64,000 nucleotides of DNA from Centroscyllium fabricii (taxonomy: Eukaryota): assembly GCA_051313645.2 (NCBI GenBank), contig JBNRSN020000007.1:257548001-257612000 (forward strand), in the 5' to 3' direction. Below the pieces are notes generated by a model. The model was not told the origin of the DNA. It ran no database searches and saw only the letters and a program-made list of their open reading frames with translations. Shown piece after piece: positions 46,241 to 59,000 of the stretch (its first letter is position 1; the number at the start of each line of letters is the position of its first letter). The translations under genes were made by a program, and so were the position numbers.

Positions 46241-48139
46241 ACCCTTATTTTGCCTTTTTGCCTGCTGGCTTCTTCGTGGACAGGATTCCCAGTAAAACAT
46301 AAAGTTTCATCATCCATTATCCAAGAGTACTGAACTGTGAAAATTCTGTTCAAATACCACAAGCCACCTGGGAGCATTTGGGAAACGGGTCCGTAATCAA
46401 CGCAGCAGGAAGGGAGAACAAAGAGAAAATGTTGCCAACCTCCACAGTGAAAAAAAGTGTAATGATACAATACGAATTCATTCGCAACACATTGCTTAAA
46501 GTTCAGAACTGTGAACTGAGGAGTCTGTTTGTGTGTAATTATTGATGTTTATCCATTTCTAAAAAGGGTTACGCTTTCCTTTAATTATGTTGTTCGTCAA
46601 ATAATAGGATTCTTGCTCCATGGTTCCATCTATCAATTGTTAAAAATCTGAATGTAGATTTTCCGATGGGTGGCTGGAGGCTGTGGGTATTTTGTCCAGT
46701 TGGCTTTGCACCCACCGGAGTCACCACTGCTGATCCCGCTATGCCTGCCCCAGGGTAAGGCCGAATTATCGGTATGAAATGATCTCCCAGTGCGTAATGT
46801 GCTATCGTTTGGGAGCTCATTGTTTTGGATGCAATACCTGGCACTGGCGCAGCGATTTAAAGGCCTGCTGAAGCAGTTTAAAATCAGGCAGTGCTTTTGG
46901 TTGGGGAAAAACTGCCAGAATGGAGCAGCGGAGTAGACACATCCTCCGATTTCTGGATGCCTGTTACACTTGTTGGTCTTTTGCACCCTTATTACGCCTG
47001 CCTCCATATTTCAGATCATTCTCAAGGCTGCGTCCCAACTCCCATAGCTTTGGAGAACAACCCAGAATAACAAAATGAACAACTTTTCCGTTAATTATAT
47101 GCAGCTGCAGGAATTATCTTGTGCCACCATAACACCTCTCTCCCGTCAACAATAAGTGATACAGCTCCACAACTTCAGACCTCATTTTAAGTTTAAAAGA
47201 TGATCCAAGTGAGTAACTATGTCATACATACAGCATTACTACATTAATCTCTTAACTAGCTTCTTGAAAGGAAAGCAATAAAAAAATTGCAATTTAATGC
47301 CAAGCTCGGATATAGTTATATTTACAGTGTTCCCTTTCATGGATCTCTTCCCACTGTCGGAGTGGATTTGGATTAACCTATTCCCTTGAGCAATCCAAAC
47401 CGACTCAAAAGCTTCAAACAGGTACAGCTCCGATTAACAGGATTTTCTGAATTCGAGTAACTGTCAACCACTTTCAAAAATAACTGGTTGCCATATTTAT
47501 AATTTAGCAAATCATGCACACTCTATTTGTTCCAGCACAGCTCCTCCTTCAAGCTTTGCAGGCAATTGAGCCGAACTTGAAACATTTGCAACGATTGAGC
47601 TTGGCGCACGGTTCTTGATGTAGCCGGCTTTTAAGCTCGTTGGACCAAGGTTTTCTGCTTACGTGTTCACCAGACTGCAATTTTACGTCTGATAAAGCGA
47701 AGTTGGAAAATCGCAGGCCGGTGAACACAAAAGCGGAAAGCTGCACTTCTTACAGCTATTTATTGGATTTAAAGGGACAGCCACCAAACCAAAACAACAA
47801 AAAAAAACTTTGCGGGTAATCTTAACCTTTGGGTGGGTTTCCCGTTTTACTCCCAGACCAATTTTATGCTCCGCTGGAGTCAAAATCGGGCAGGGAATTA
47901 AAATGGGAATCCAGTCCGAGCCCGCCCCATTCCAGCCGGGTGAGTTAGGGTAACATCGGGGCTTTAATTTCTCATTTAGAACTGCTACAAGAGTGACTGA
48001 GGAGGGTTGCCCATTTGGCATTCCTGGGTACTCTGCCCAGTGGAGAGCAGTCCAGTGAGAATGGGAGAAGGTAAATGATGTGTCCACCACCCAGAGGACC
48101 TTGCCACTAATCCGTGAGATTGACACCAAATCAGCCACA

Positions 48140-48607
48140 GGTGGCGCCCATTTTTGGGCGCTAACCTCGGCGGTGCGCTACTTTTAGCGCCCACCTAACG
48201 CTGACGCCGCTCCTCATGATATTCGGTTGTAGCGCCCAAAGTTGGAGGTCGGGCGCTACAGCAGGTACCCGACCTTGTTCTTTAGGCGCTACAACTGAAT
48301 ATCCGGCGCTGTGGGCTAATGCGCCACACAACACAGAGTGCCGTGCTGCGGTACTGCATGCCTTCCTCCCTTAATTAAAGGGGAGGGACCTAGCGTGGTT
48401 CTGGCCGGAGCCCCGTTGGGCCGCCGTGGGACACAATGCTGCCGAAGGAGCCCGGCACTCGAGGGAAGTGCCGGGCTGACGGAGCAGAGGCCTGACACTG
48501 CGGGGGAGCATCGGGGGAGGCCGGAGACGGCAGAAGGGGAAGGTGCTGGCAGTCGGCAAGCAAGAAAAATGTCCACCCAGCACCCTTCCTACCGAATTTC
48601 TCCCCCT
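48140..48607. mobile_element. GC-rich Harbinger-type MITE remnant
   Basis: Ends CCGAATTTCTCCCCC|TTA; reverse similarity to 26150-26640. Confidence 0.55.
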
Positions 48608-49017
48608 TAGACAAAAGAGAAACCTTTTTTTTTTTAAATGTCTTTGAGCAATGCCTTGGACTAATGTGGTCTTGATTTCCCACAAACATTTAAGTCTTTG
48701 TTTAAAAAAAATTACATTTACACGAAAATCAGGAAAAAAAAATTAAGGTTACATATTCTGTGTGAATTTCATGGGGGAAATTCAGCATCACAGAAGTATC
48801 CAGGTATTGGGCGGCACAGTGGGTAATGAGATTTTGGTTTCTAGGATGTGGAATCAAATAGGATTAAAGTATTCTCTGGCTGCTGAAAGATGTGAAATAA
48901 ATTTGGGTTGACTGTGTGGGGCATGGATCACTGACACAAATCTAATACTGATTAGCACAGAGGGCTACTGTGGGAAAAGGGAAAATGGCAGACTATGCAG
49001 GAGGGACTGTGATACAT

Positions 49018-49101
49018 TACATAGAAACATAGAAGATAGGAGCAGGAGTAGGCCATTCGGCCCTTCGAGCCTGCTCCGCCATTCGATGAGATCATGGCTG
49101 G
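49018..49101 (-). mobile_element. CR1 3' tail fragment
   Basis: ACATAGAAACATAGAAGATAGG...GAGATCATGGCTG. Confidence 0.8.
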
Positions 49102-49960
49102 TGGTGAAGTGTAATGGAAGAACATGAAAGCATCAGTCGAACACTTCAGATGCGAGTCGGTTGCATGCAGTGACAGGCATTGCTAAAGTTGAATACATAT
49201 ACTTCAGCAATAAAGGGAAAACAAATAGGCATGGAAATTCAATCTCATTGGGCCCATTGTATGGGTGCACAGCAGGTGCAACGAGGGCCAATTTCAGGGA
49301 CCAATGGTTTGTACTCCAAGGCCATCTGAAAGACATCTGGCCCAATATTGGATCGGGCCATTTTTTCAGGAATTGCTTAAAATAAGCATTAGGCCCCTTG
49401 TATATGCCAATGCGGAGTCTAATACTTATTTTAGGACCCCTCCAAAGAAATTGAGCTGCTCGGAGTGGACAGGCACTGGGCCTGCTCCACTCACATTTAA
49501 CCTACATGGATGTGGCCTAGCAAGCAGCAGCCACCAAAAAAGTAAGTAGTAAAACTACTTATTTGAATTTGCTGTGGAGCCAGAAGGAGCAGGAGTGCTT
49601 TCGCTGGCTCCACAGCACTCGAGAGCGACACTGTTGGCCGCAATCGGATCCCCTCTTGCTGTTCTTCCCCCCACCTGCCCACCCCCCTGGCACTCATATG
49701 AGGCCATTGGCGGCGAGGCACGTGGTCTGAAATTCAGTCCTGGAAGCGCATCCACATTATTTAGATATGGCTCGAGGCCCAAATTTCAGGACGGCCTTGG
49801 GCCTCCTGGGTGGGGCAGTGTTGCAGCTGCATCGCTGCCTCCGCAGCTGAAACCAGACTCGGGTCACCGACCCTCCAGGATTGCTCGAGTCTCCAAGAAT
49901 GAAATATCAATCCGCTGGGCACTGCTGCGGGCAACCCAGGAGAAACACTCATAATGGCAT

Positions 49961-50248
49961 TGACGTATCGTCAATAATCTTAATGAAACTAAAGACGAGT
50001 AGTGACCTTAACTAGAGGCTTTTATTGACTTACAACGGAGCTATACTCCGAACGAACAACAGGTACAGAATGAACGGGGTCCGGTCAGTCCCCACCTATA
50101 AGGGCCTCACCTGAGGGAGGAGTTAGAGGTGTGGCTGACCTGACCCCACGACAGTGTCGCAACACATCATGCACCCGACCGCTATACATACTGATAATAT
50201 TGGCAACAATATTACGGTGGTAATTACAGTATATATACGGTTACCACG
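49961..50248 (-). mobile_element. Solo LTR of the Mag-like family
   Basis: TGACGTATCGTCAA...TTACCACG on +; perfect TSD GGCAT. Confidence 0.92.
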
Positions 50249-51857
50249 GGCATTAAGAAAATTGTGTGGTTTTTTTCATTTTATTTGCACACTTTTGTTT
50301 ATTAGTTATAAAAATATTGGAGATGGGAAGGCTGGGGGAAGCAGTTGGAGGGGAAATGTCCAGGAATACCTCAACCAGAGATTGCAATGATAAACCAGGC
50401 ACTGACATATTCTACCCCATAAACTTGGAGACGGTTAATAAAGTTGGACGATGGAGCGATTTTGAAATGTCTGATTTTTGCGAGTGCCATTTTGTTAGCT
50501 GAATGCTAATCATAGAGGAAAATACATTTTCTCACTTTTGTATTAAAAGAGCAATTTGGCCAGTTAGGCATTGTTCCTGCAACTTTGAGAGGTTGCTGAG
50601 ATTTGAAATAACAGGTAAAATATGTTTCTCAAGGATTCTTTGGTTAATTTGGCTAGCTCAAATTCGGGGAGATCTGGAGGACCAGAGGCGGGGGGTTGAT
50701 GGTTAAGTTGTTACTTTGGGTCCCCGCCGGACACCAGCAATTAAGGGATTTTTGGCTGGAAATGATGGTAGCCATTGAATTGTTTGGCTCAAATATGGGC
50801 GAATGTATTCAAAGTGGCATTACTAATGGAGTGACATTGCACATCATATTTTCTACCCTTACTATCATAGTAACACTGGACGCAGGAGGTGTCAATATGT
50901 GTCTGGCATTCAATGTCGCTGTAGTGGGCAGTGACCTTTAGATTTTAACAGATCTCCTCCGAGTGCTGTCGATCACAGGGCACTCCCAGACCCCGTGAAA
51001 TTTTTAAATGTCAGAAAAGATTGGGCTCCTCTTCAACGGCCCTGCAAGTAGCCAACCACCCTCTTCTGTTGCATGCTCGAGTACTACAGCAACCATTTGC
51101 CTCTCCTCCCCTTTCTCTTCCCCTCCCCTACCTAACAAGGCAGGCTCTCGGTCGCAGGTGGGAATCCCGCTGCGGGTCTGCCAAGATTATTTTAAATGAG
51201 GCTGAAAATTCACCAGGATCGGTGGCAGCCAAGTTGACTATTCACAGAGCCCATCCCGCTGACTTCACATCAGGATTCTGGCAAAGCAGGAAATCCCAGC
51301 TGTCCTATTTCATAATCATTTTTCATGCTCTTCTGTGGTGTTATCTGCCTTGCCTGGCTTACTTGGGCTTTGAAATGAGGCTTTCTACAAACATAACAAT
51401 AAAAAGAACTCTAAATCAAAAAATATGCACTGGCAGTCTTAAGTGCAACAGGAATCTATAATAACAAAACTGTTGTACTTTTACTGATAGAACAGAGATA
51501 TATATACAGTACAGTTGAGTCTATTAGATTTAGAAATTTTATCTAAGAATGCAGATGCATGAGGCATACCTAAGTATACAAGTTGTGTTCAACATATTAA
51601 TGACATTTAGATAATGCCTGACTTGTGCATTGCACTTTACTCTAGCTCAATGTAAAGGCAGGATTATTAAAAGAACGAAGAAGGATGCCAGAAGATTTTC
51701 ACACCGAGAGTTATTAAAATATGAAATGCTTTATGATAACTGGCCATTGAGGTGGGTGCATAATTTGAAGGTCAATTGTTTGAAAAGAATATAAAAGTAT
51801 ACAAGGAAAGGACAGGGAGATGGGATGAAAGTAGATAGCTCCAGTCAAAATGCTAAC

Positions 51858-54800
51858 TGACGTATCGTCAATTAAGGCACAAAGACGAATAGCTACCTCA
51901 ACTAAAGGCTTTTATTAACTATAGAATGGAGCGTGTCTCAGCTGAGCTCGGGTCTGTACTGACCGGGTGATGGTAGGCAATTACCTATATACCTGGACGC
52001 AGGGGAGGAGTCAGAGGTGGGTCAGCTGAGGCAGGCTCCTGTGTACAGATATCTACATATGTACAGTGGTGCATTATGGTACCATTACAGTGGTACAATA
52101 CAGTGGTGAAATACAGGTTTACCACATTCACCCCTTCTTTAAAAATGAGTCCGGCAGGGTGAAGATGCATTAACACAGTTGGCAATTTAACATTCTGTGA
52201 TCAGTCTCTCGGGTGGCCGTGTCTGCTGAGGGACCGACGGGGTGCCGGTGATGGTGGTTCTGGTCGCGGGGTCGGGGTCATGTCGTCCGCCAATGGTGGC
52301 AGCGGTGCGATGTCCGACCTCTGTTCGTCGGCCGTTGATGTCGAGGGCCCCGGTGTGTGTGTGTGTATGGGGGCCAGTGTTCGGTGGGTGGTGGGTGGTG
52401 GAGCTGAGGCTCAACCGGGGGTTCCGTGATCGTGGTCCCGGCGGGCGCCAGGTCCCTGATTGAGACTCTGTCTTCGCGCCCATCCGGGTATGCCACGTAT
52501 GCATATTGCGGGTTGGCGTGGAGGTGTACCCGTTCCACCAGGGGGTCCGTCTTGTGGCCGCAGATGTGCTTCCTAAGCAAGACTGGCCCCGGGGTGGTCA
52601 GCCACAGCAGGAGCGCTGTCCCCGAAGTAGATTTCCTGGGGAAGGAAAACAATTGTTTGGGAGGTGTAGCATTGATAGCGGTACACAGCAGAGAGCGGAT
52701 GGAATGGAGCACATCGGGGAGGACCTGCTGCCAACGGGATACTGGAAGGCCTCTGAACTTCAGGGTCAGGGTGACCGCCCTCCAGATCGTCCCGTTCTCC
52801 CTTTCTACCTGGCCGTTCCCCCGGGGGTTGTAACTGGTCGTTCTGCTCGAGGCAATCGCCTTCTGGAGCAGAAACTGACGCAGTTCGACGCTCATGAAAG
52901 ACGACCCCCGGTCGCTGTGGATGTAGCTGGGGAGACGGAAAATGGCGAACAGCGTGGAGAAGTGTTTGAGCACTGTTGCACTCGTCATATCTGGCCAGGG
53001 GAAGACAAAGGGGAAGCGGGAGAACTCGTCGATGACCGTGAGGAAATACGAGTTGCGGTCAGTGGAGGAGAGGGGGCCTTTGAAGTCCACACTCAGGCGC
53101 TCGAAGGGGCGGATTGCCATGATGATGTGCGCCCTGTCTGGCCTGTAAAATTGGGGTTTGCATTCAGCGCAGACAGGGCACTCTTTAGTCATAGCCTTGA
53201 TCTCCGAGACGGACTAGGGGTGGCTACGGGACTTCACAAAGTGGGCGTGTCTGGTGACACCCGGGTGGCAGAGGCGATCGTGGAGGTCCTGCAGCCGGTC
53301 AAGCTGGGCACTGGCGCACGTTCCCCTGGACAATGCGTCCAGGGGCTCGTTGAGCTTACCTGGCCGGTAAAGAATGTCATACTCGTAAGTCGAGAGCTCG
53401 ATCCGCCACCGAATGATCTTATCATTCTTAATTTTACCCCACTGTTTAGTGTTAAACATAAACGCCACCGACCATTGGTCGATGAGCAGGGTAAATCTCT
53501 TACCGGCCGGGTAGTGGCGCCAGTAGCGCACTGCCTCCACAATAGCCTGGGCCTCCTTTTCAACTGCGGAGTGGCGAATTTCGGGTCCCTGTAGAGTCCA
53601 GGAAAAGAACGCTGCGGGTCTGCCCGCCTGGTTGAGGGTGGCGGTGAGGGCAAAGTCCAATGCGTCGCTTTCCACCTGGAAGGGGATGGACTCATCAACG
53701 GCGTGCATGGTCACCTTGATGATGTCTTCCTTGATCTGGGCGAATGCCGTTTGGGCTTCTGCCGAGAGTGGGAAGACGTCGGTCTTGGAGAGTTCTGGCT
53801 TCATCCACATACTGGGGAACCCATTGTGCTTAATAGGAGAAAAACCCCAGGCATCTCTTCAGGGCTTTGAGATTGTGGGGTAAGGGCAGCTCCTGCAGGG
53901 GACGCATACGTTGGGGATCGGGGCCGAGGACCCCGTTTTCCACCACGTAGCTGAGGATGGTGAGCCGGTCCATACTAAAGACGCACTTGTCCTTATTATA
54001 CGTCAGGTTCAACCGCTTGGCCGTGTGAAAGAATTTGGCGAGGTTGGCATCGTGGTCCTGCTGGTCATGGCCACAGATGGTCACGTTGTCCAGGTAGGGG
54101 AAAGTGGCCTGCAACTCGTTTTGGTCAACCATCCGGTCCATCTCCCGTTGGAAGACTGACACTCTGTTGGTCACGCCGAAGGGGACTCGGAGGAAGTGGT
54201 AGAGCCGGCCATTCGCCTCGAAGGCGGTATACCAGCGGTCGGAAGTCCGGATGGGGAGCTGCTGATACGCCGACTTGAGGTCAATCGTGGAGAAGACCTT
54301 GTACGGGGCGATCTGGTTCACCATATCCGAGATGCGGGGGAGTGGGTAGGCGTCGAGCCCGGTGTAGCGGTTAATCGTCTGGCTATATTCTATGACCATG
54401 TGCAGCTTCTCGCCTGTCTTAACCACCACGACCTGGGCCCTCCAGGGGCTGGTGCTGGCCTCAATGATCCCTTCCTCTAGCAGGCTCTCGACCTCCGACC
54501 TGATAAATGCCCAGTCCCCTGCACTGAACCGCCGACTTTTGGTTGCTCCGTCCACCGCATTAGACAGCGTGATAGCGGACTCAAGCGATAGAGTCTCTTC
54601 TTCCAGCAGCCGCTGTCGGGCCTGGCTGGACCCGAGTCCGGCTACATATGCATCGCGGACCAGGAGATTGGCCCTTTCCTCGGCCGTCATTGCCTTGATG
54701 TCGCAGGCCCGTACGAGGGTTTGGAGCGCTAACAAAAATTCTTCGTTTGACTCACCCAGCCATTGCCTTCTGGTTGCCAATATGTGTCTGGCGTAAACCG

Positions 54801-55345
54801 AGTGGACCGGGCGCATATAGCTGTCCTTCGGCTTCTTGGCAGCTTCTTTATAGGTCTTGATGCTTCTGATGAGTGAATACACCCGGCCACTGATCCTGGA
54901 TGCCAGTATTTGGAGTTTGTCCTCCTCGCTGGTCGCCTTCACAGCCTTCATGTAGGCCTCGACACAGCCAAACCAATGTTCGAAATTGTTCGCCGCATCG
55001 GGCACCTGAGGGTTGATATCGATGCGGTCCGGTTTTACTGCGCTGCTCTCCATGTTCAAAATATAGTTAATAAAATTGACGTATCGTCAATTAAGACACA
55101 AAGACGAATAGTTACCTCAACTAAAGGCTTTTATCAACTATAGAATGGAGCGTGTCTCAGCTGAGCTCCGGTCTTTACTGACCGGGGGATGGTAGGCAAT
55201 TACCTATATACCTGGATGCAGGGGAGGAGTCAGAGGTGGGTCAGCTGAGGCAGGCTCCTGTATACAGATATCTACATATGTACAGTGGTGCATTATGGTA
55301 CCATTACAGTGGTAGAATACAGTGGTGAAATACAGGTTTACCACA
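51858..55345 (-). mobile_element. Gypsy element E2 (Mag-like family), internally deleted
   Basis: 269-bp LTRs 55077-55345 (5') and 51858-52126 (3'); perfect TSD CTAAC. Confidence 0.95.
52187..55053 (-). pseudogene. gag-pol of E2: Gag fused in frame to RT (knuckles, repeat linker and protease deleted), with later stops/frameshifts
   Basis: ITLSNAVDG|ATKSRRFSAG junction; YLDN; RNase H and integrase ORF fragments. Confidence 0.9.
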
Positions 55346-55365
55346 CTAACACTCGCACAGGAGCG

Positions 55366-55580
55366 ATTATAGAATAGAATCATAGAGTTATACAGCACAG
55401 AATGAGGCCCTTTGGCCCATCGTGTCTGCGCCAGCCATCAAGCCCTTTCTATTCTAATCCCATTTTCCAGCACTTGGTCCGTAGCCTTGAATGCTATGGC
55501 ATTTCAAGTGCTCATCTAAATGCTTCTTGAGTGTTGTGAGGGTTCCTGCCTCTACCACCCTTTCAGGCAGTGAGTTGGTT
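55366..55580 (-). mobile_element. CR1 3' end (family of 35501-35790)
   Basis: Reverse complement of CACTGCCTGAAAGGGTGGTAGAGGCAGGAACCCTCACAAC. Confidence 0.85.
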
Positions 55581-56011
55581 GCCGAATGGCTTCCTTCTAT
55601 GATTTATATGATCCTTTGATCTCAAATGTTGGTTGTTGAAAAAGGAGCCTGGAAATATGATGGGGGAAATGAAGTTGCTCTCGTACCTGTTTTTTTTTTA
55701 AATAAACAGGAAAATGTAACCGTCATTCTGAAAAAATACCAAAATCAATCACCTGGGAACATAAAGTAGTTTATATTGCATACTTTCGATTTGATTTGCT
55801 TTTTCAAGCATCATGTCATTAACTGAAAGGAAAGAGAGATTATAGGCCAGAAATGACTGTTGGTAATATTAGGAGATTAAAGCTGAACAGCTTATGCAAT
55901 ATTTCTTTGTTCACTATTTTAACAAAGTGAATGCTGCCAATGAACCGGAGGCTGCTGCCAATGACGAAAAGCTGCGCAGAAGTGTTCTCCACTTAAATTT
56001 GTTTACGTATT

Positions 56012-59000
56012 TGACGTATCGTCAATGAAGCAAAGACGAGTAGTTACCTTAACGAGAGGCTTTTATTCACTTTACAATGGAGCTACTCTCCAGTCGAACA
56101 TTGAGTACAGAATGAATGGGGGCAGGTCAGACCCCACCTATAAGGCACTCACCTGAGGGGAGGAGTTAGAGGTGTGGCTGACCTGACCTCGCGACAGTGT
56201 CCTTATACAAAACTATGTACAATGCACCCAGCCACTATACATGCTGGTCTGTAGTGTGCTCAACTATTTACACTGGTACTCATGATTACCACATTCACCC
56301 CTTCTTTGAAAATTGAGTCCGGCGGGGTGAATGGACAGAACCTGTTAATGCAGGGAAGGAAGAAAAAAATATGTTTGCATATTATTGTATGAGTCAAGCT
56401 CAACAGTTCACAATAAGTCTCTCCGGCGGTCGTGTCTGCCTTGAGGACCACCGGGGTTCTGGTAGTGGTGCTGGTGCCGGTAGTGGTGGTGGGGTCGGGT
56501 CATCCGGCAGCTGTGCCTGTGGTGTGGCGTCTGGTTCTTGGTCCTCGGCTGGTAGTGTCGGGGGCCCCGGTGTGTGCGTGTGCATAGGCCAAGATCCGGT
56601 GGGTCGTAGTTGGTGTGTAGGCCAGTAGTCGGTAGGCAGTGGCTCGTCGGGCTGAGGCTCGACCAGAGGCTCTGCTGTGGTGCTCCCGGCAGGCGCTAGG
56701 TCCCTGATGGAGACTGTGTCCTCGCGCCCGTCCGGGAACTGCACGTAGGCGTACTGCGGGTTGGCGTGCAGCAGCTGCACCTTTTCCACCAGGGGGGTCG
56801 GTCTTATGGCCGCGGACATGTTTTCTAAGTAAGACATCCCCGGCATCGTGAGCCACGGTGGGAGTGCTGTCCCCGAAGTCGACTTCCTGGGGAATGAAAA
56901 GAGCAATTCGTGAGGTGTGGCATTGGTAGCCGTACACTGCAGAGAGCGGATGGAGTGGAGTGCGCCTGGGAGGACTGCCTGCCAATGGGACACTGGAAGG
57001 CCTCTGGACTTCAGAGCCAGGCTGACCGCCTTCCAGATGATCCCGTTCTCCCTTTCTACCTGGCCGTTCCCCCGGGGGTTGTAACTGGTCGTTCTGCTTG
57101 AGGCAACCCCTTTCTGAAGCAGAAACTGACGCAGTTCGTCGCTCATGAATGACGACCCCTGGTCGCTATGGATGTAGCTGGGGAGACCGAAAATTGGTGA
57201 ACAGCATGGTGAAGTGTTTGATCACCGTTGCGCTCGTCATATCTGGCCAGGGGAAGGCAAAGGGGAAGCGGGAGAACTCGTCTATGACCGTGAGGAAGTA
57301 CGAGTTGCGGTCGGCGGAGGGGAGGGGGCCTTTGAAGTCCACGCTTAGACGTTCAAAGGGGCGGGTGGCCTTGATGAGGTGTGTCGTGTCTGGCCTGTAA
57401 AATTGGGGTTTGCACTCGGCGCAAACAGGGCACTCTCGGGTCATAGCCTTGATCTCCGTGATGGAGTAGGGGAGGCTACGAGATTTAATGAAATGGGCAA
57501 GTCTGGTGATACCCGGGTGGCAGAGGCGATCGTTGAGTTCCTTCAGCCGGTCTGGCTGGGCACTGGTGCACGTTCCCCTGGACAGTGCATCCGGGGGTTC
57601 ATTGAGTTTGCCTGGTCGGTAAAGAATGTCATACTCGTAAGTCGAGAGCTCGATCCACCACCGCAGGATCTTATCATTCTTGATTTTACCCTTTTGTTTA
57701 TTGTTAAACATAAACGCGACCGACCGTTGGTCGGTGAGCAGGGTAAAATGCTTACCGGCCAGGTAATGACGCCCGTAGCGCACGGCCTCCATGATGGCCT
57801 GGGCCTCCTTTTCCACTGCAGAGTGGCGAGTTTCGGGTCCCTGTAGGGTGCGGGAGGAAAATGCTACGGGCCTGCCTGCCTGATTCAGGGTGGCGGCAAG
57901 GGCAAAGTCCGAAGCATCACTCTCCACTTGGAAAGGGATGGATTCATCAACGGCGTGCATGGTCACCTTGATAATATCTTCCTTGATCCGGGCGAATGCC
58001 GTGTGGGCTTCTACCGAGAGGGGAAAGACGGCAGCCTTGAGGAGCGGTCTGGCCTTATCCGCGAACTGGGGAACCTATTGCACGTAATAGGAGAAAAATC
58101 CCAGACATCTCTTCAGGGCTTTGGGGTTGTGAGGTAAGGGCAGTTCCTGTAAGGGGCGCATACGCTGTGGGTCGGGGCCAAGGTCCCCGTTTTCCACTAC
58201 GAATCCGAGGATGGCGACCCGATCTGTACTAAAGACGCACTTGTCTTTATTGTACGTGAGATCGAGCCATTTCGCCGTTTGGAGGAATTTGGCGAGGTTG
58301 GCATCGTGGTCCTGCTGGTCATGGCCACAGATTGTCACGTGGTCCAGGTAGGGGAAAGTGGCCTGCAACCCGTTCTGGTCAACCATACGGTCCATCTCCC
58401 TCTGGAATACCGACACTCTGTTGGTCACGCCGAAGGGGACCCGGAGGAAGTGGTAGAGCCGACCGTTCGCCTCGAAACCGGTCGGCTTTCCGGTTCGGGA
58501 GTTGGTGCGACTTAAGGTCGATTGTGGAGAACACCTTATACTGGGCGATCTGGTTAACCATTTCCGAGATGCGGGGAAGGGGATAGGCGTCGAGCCCGGT
58601 GTAGCGGTTAATGGTCTGGCTGTAGTCGATCACCATCCGCAGTTTCTCACCAGTCTTAACCACTACGACCTGGGCGCGCCAGGGGCTGGTGCTGGCTTCA
58701 ATTATCCCCTCCTGCAGCATACGCCCGACCTCCGACCTGATAAATGTCCGATCCCCTGCACTGTAACGCCGACTCTTGGCAGCAATGGGTTTGCAGTTGG
58801 GGTCGAGGTTGGCCAACAGCGAGGGGGGGTCGACTTTCAGGGTGGATAGGCCGCAAGTCGGGCTCCGCTTTAGAAAGGGATTGTCCCGGCTACTGACGGC
58901 GAGTGGGGGCAGGGTCCCGCCGAACTCCATTGTCACGCTCTTCAGGTGGCACTGGAAATCCAGTCCCAGTAAGACTGGGGCGCACAACTGGTAGAGTATG

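Noticed and set aside
46198-47750. ORFs of 65-124 aa and a possible promoter or first exon in unique-looking sequence
   Set aside because: No recognisable motifs or consistent splice phases; partly MITE remnant; cannot be supported.
52506-53594. 362-aa plus-strand ORF and other long antisense ORFs over the Gypsy elements
   Set aside because: Shadow frames of GC-rich pol sequence; broken differently in E1 and E3, with no recognisable domain.
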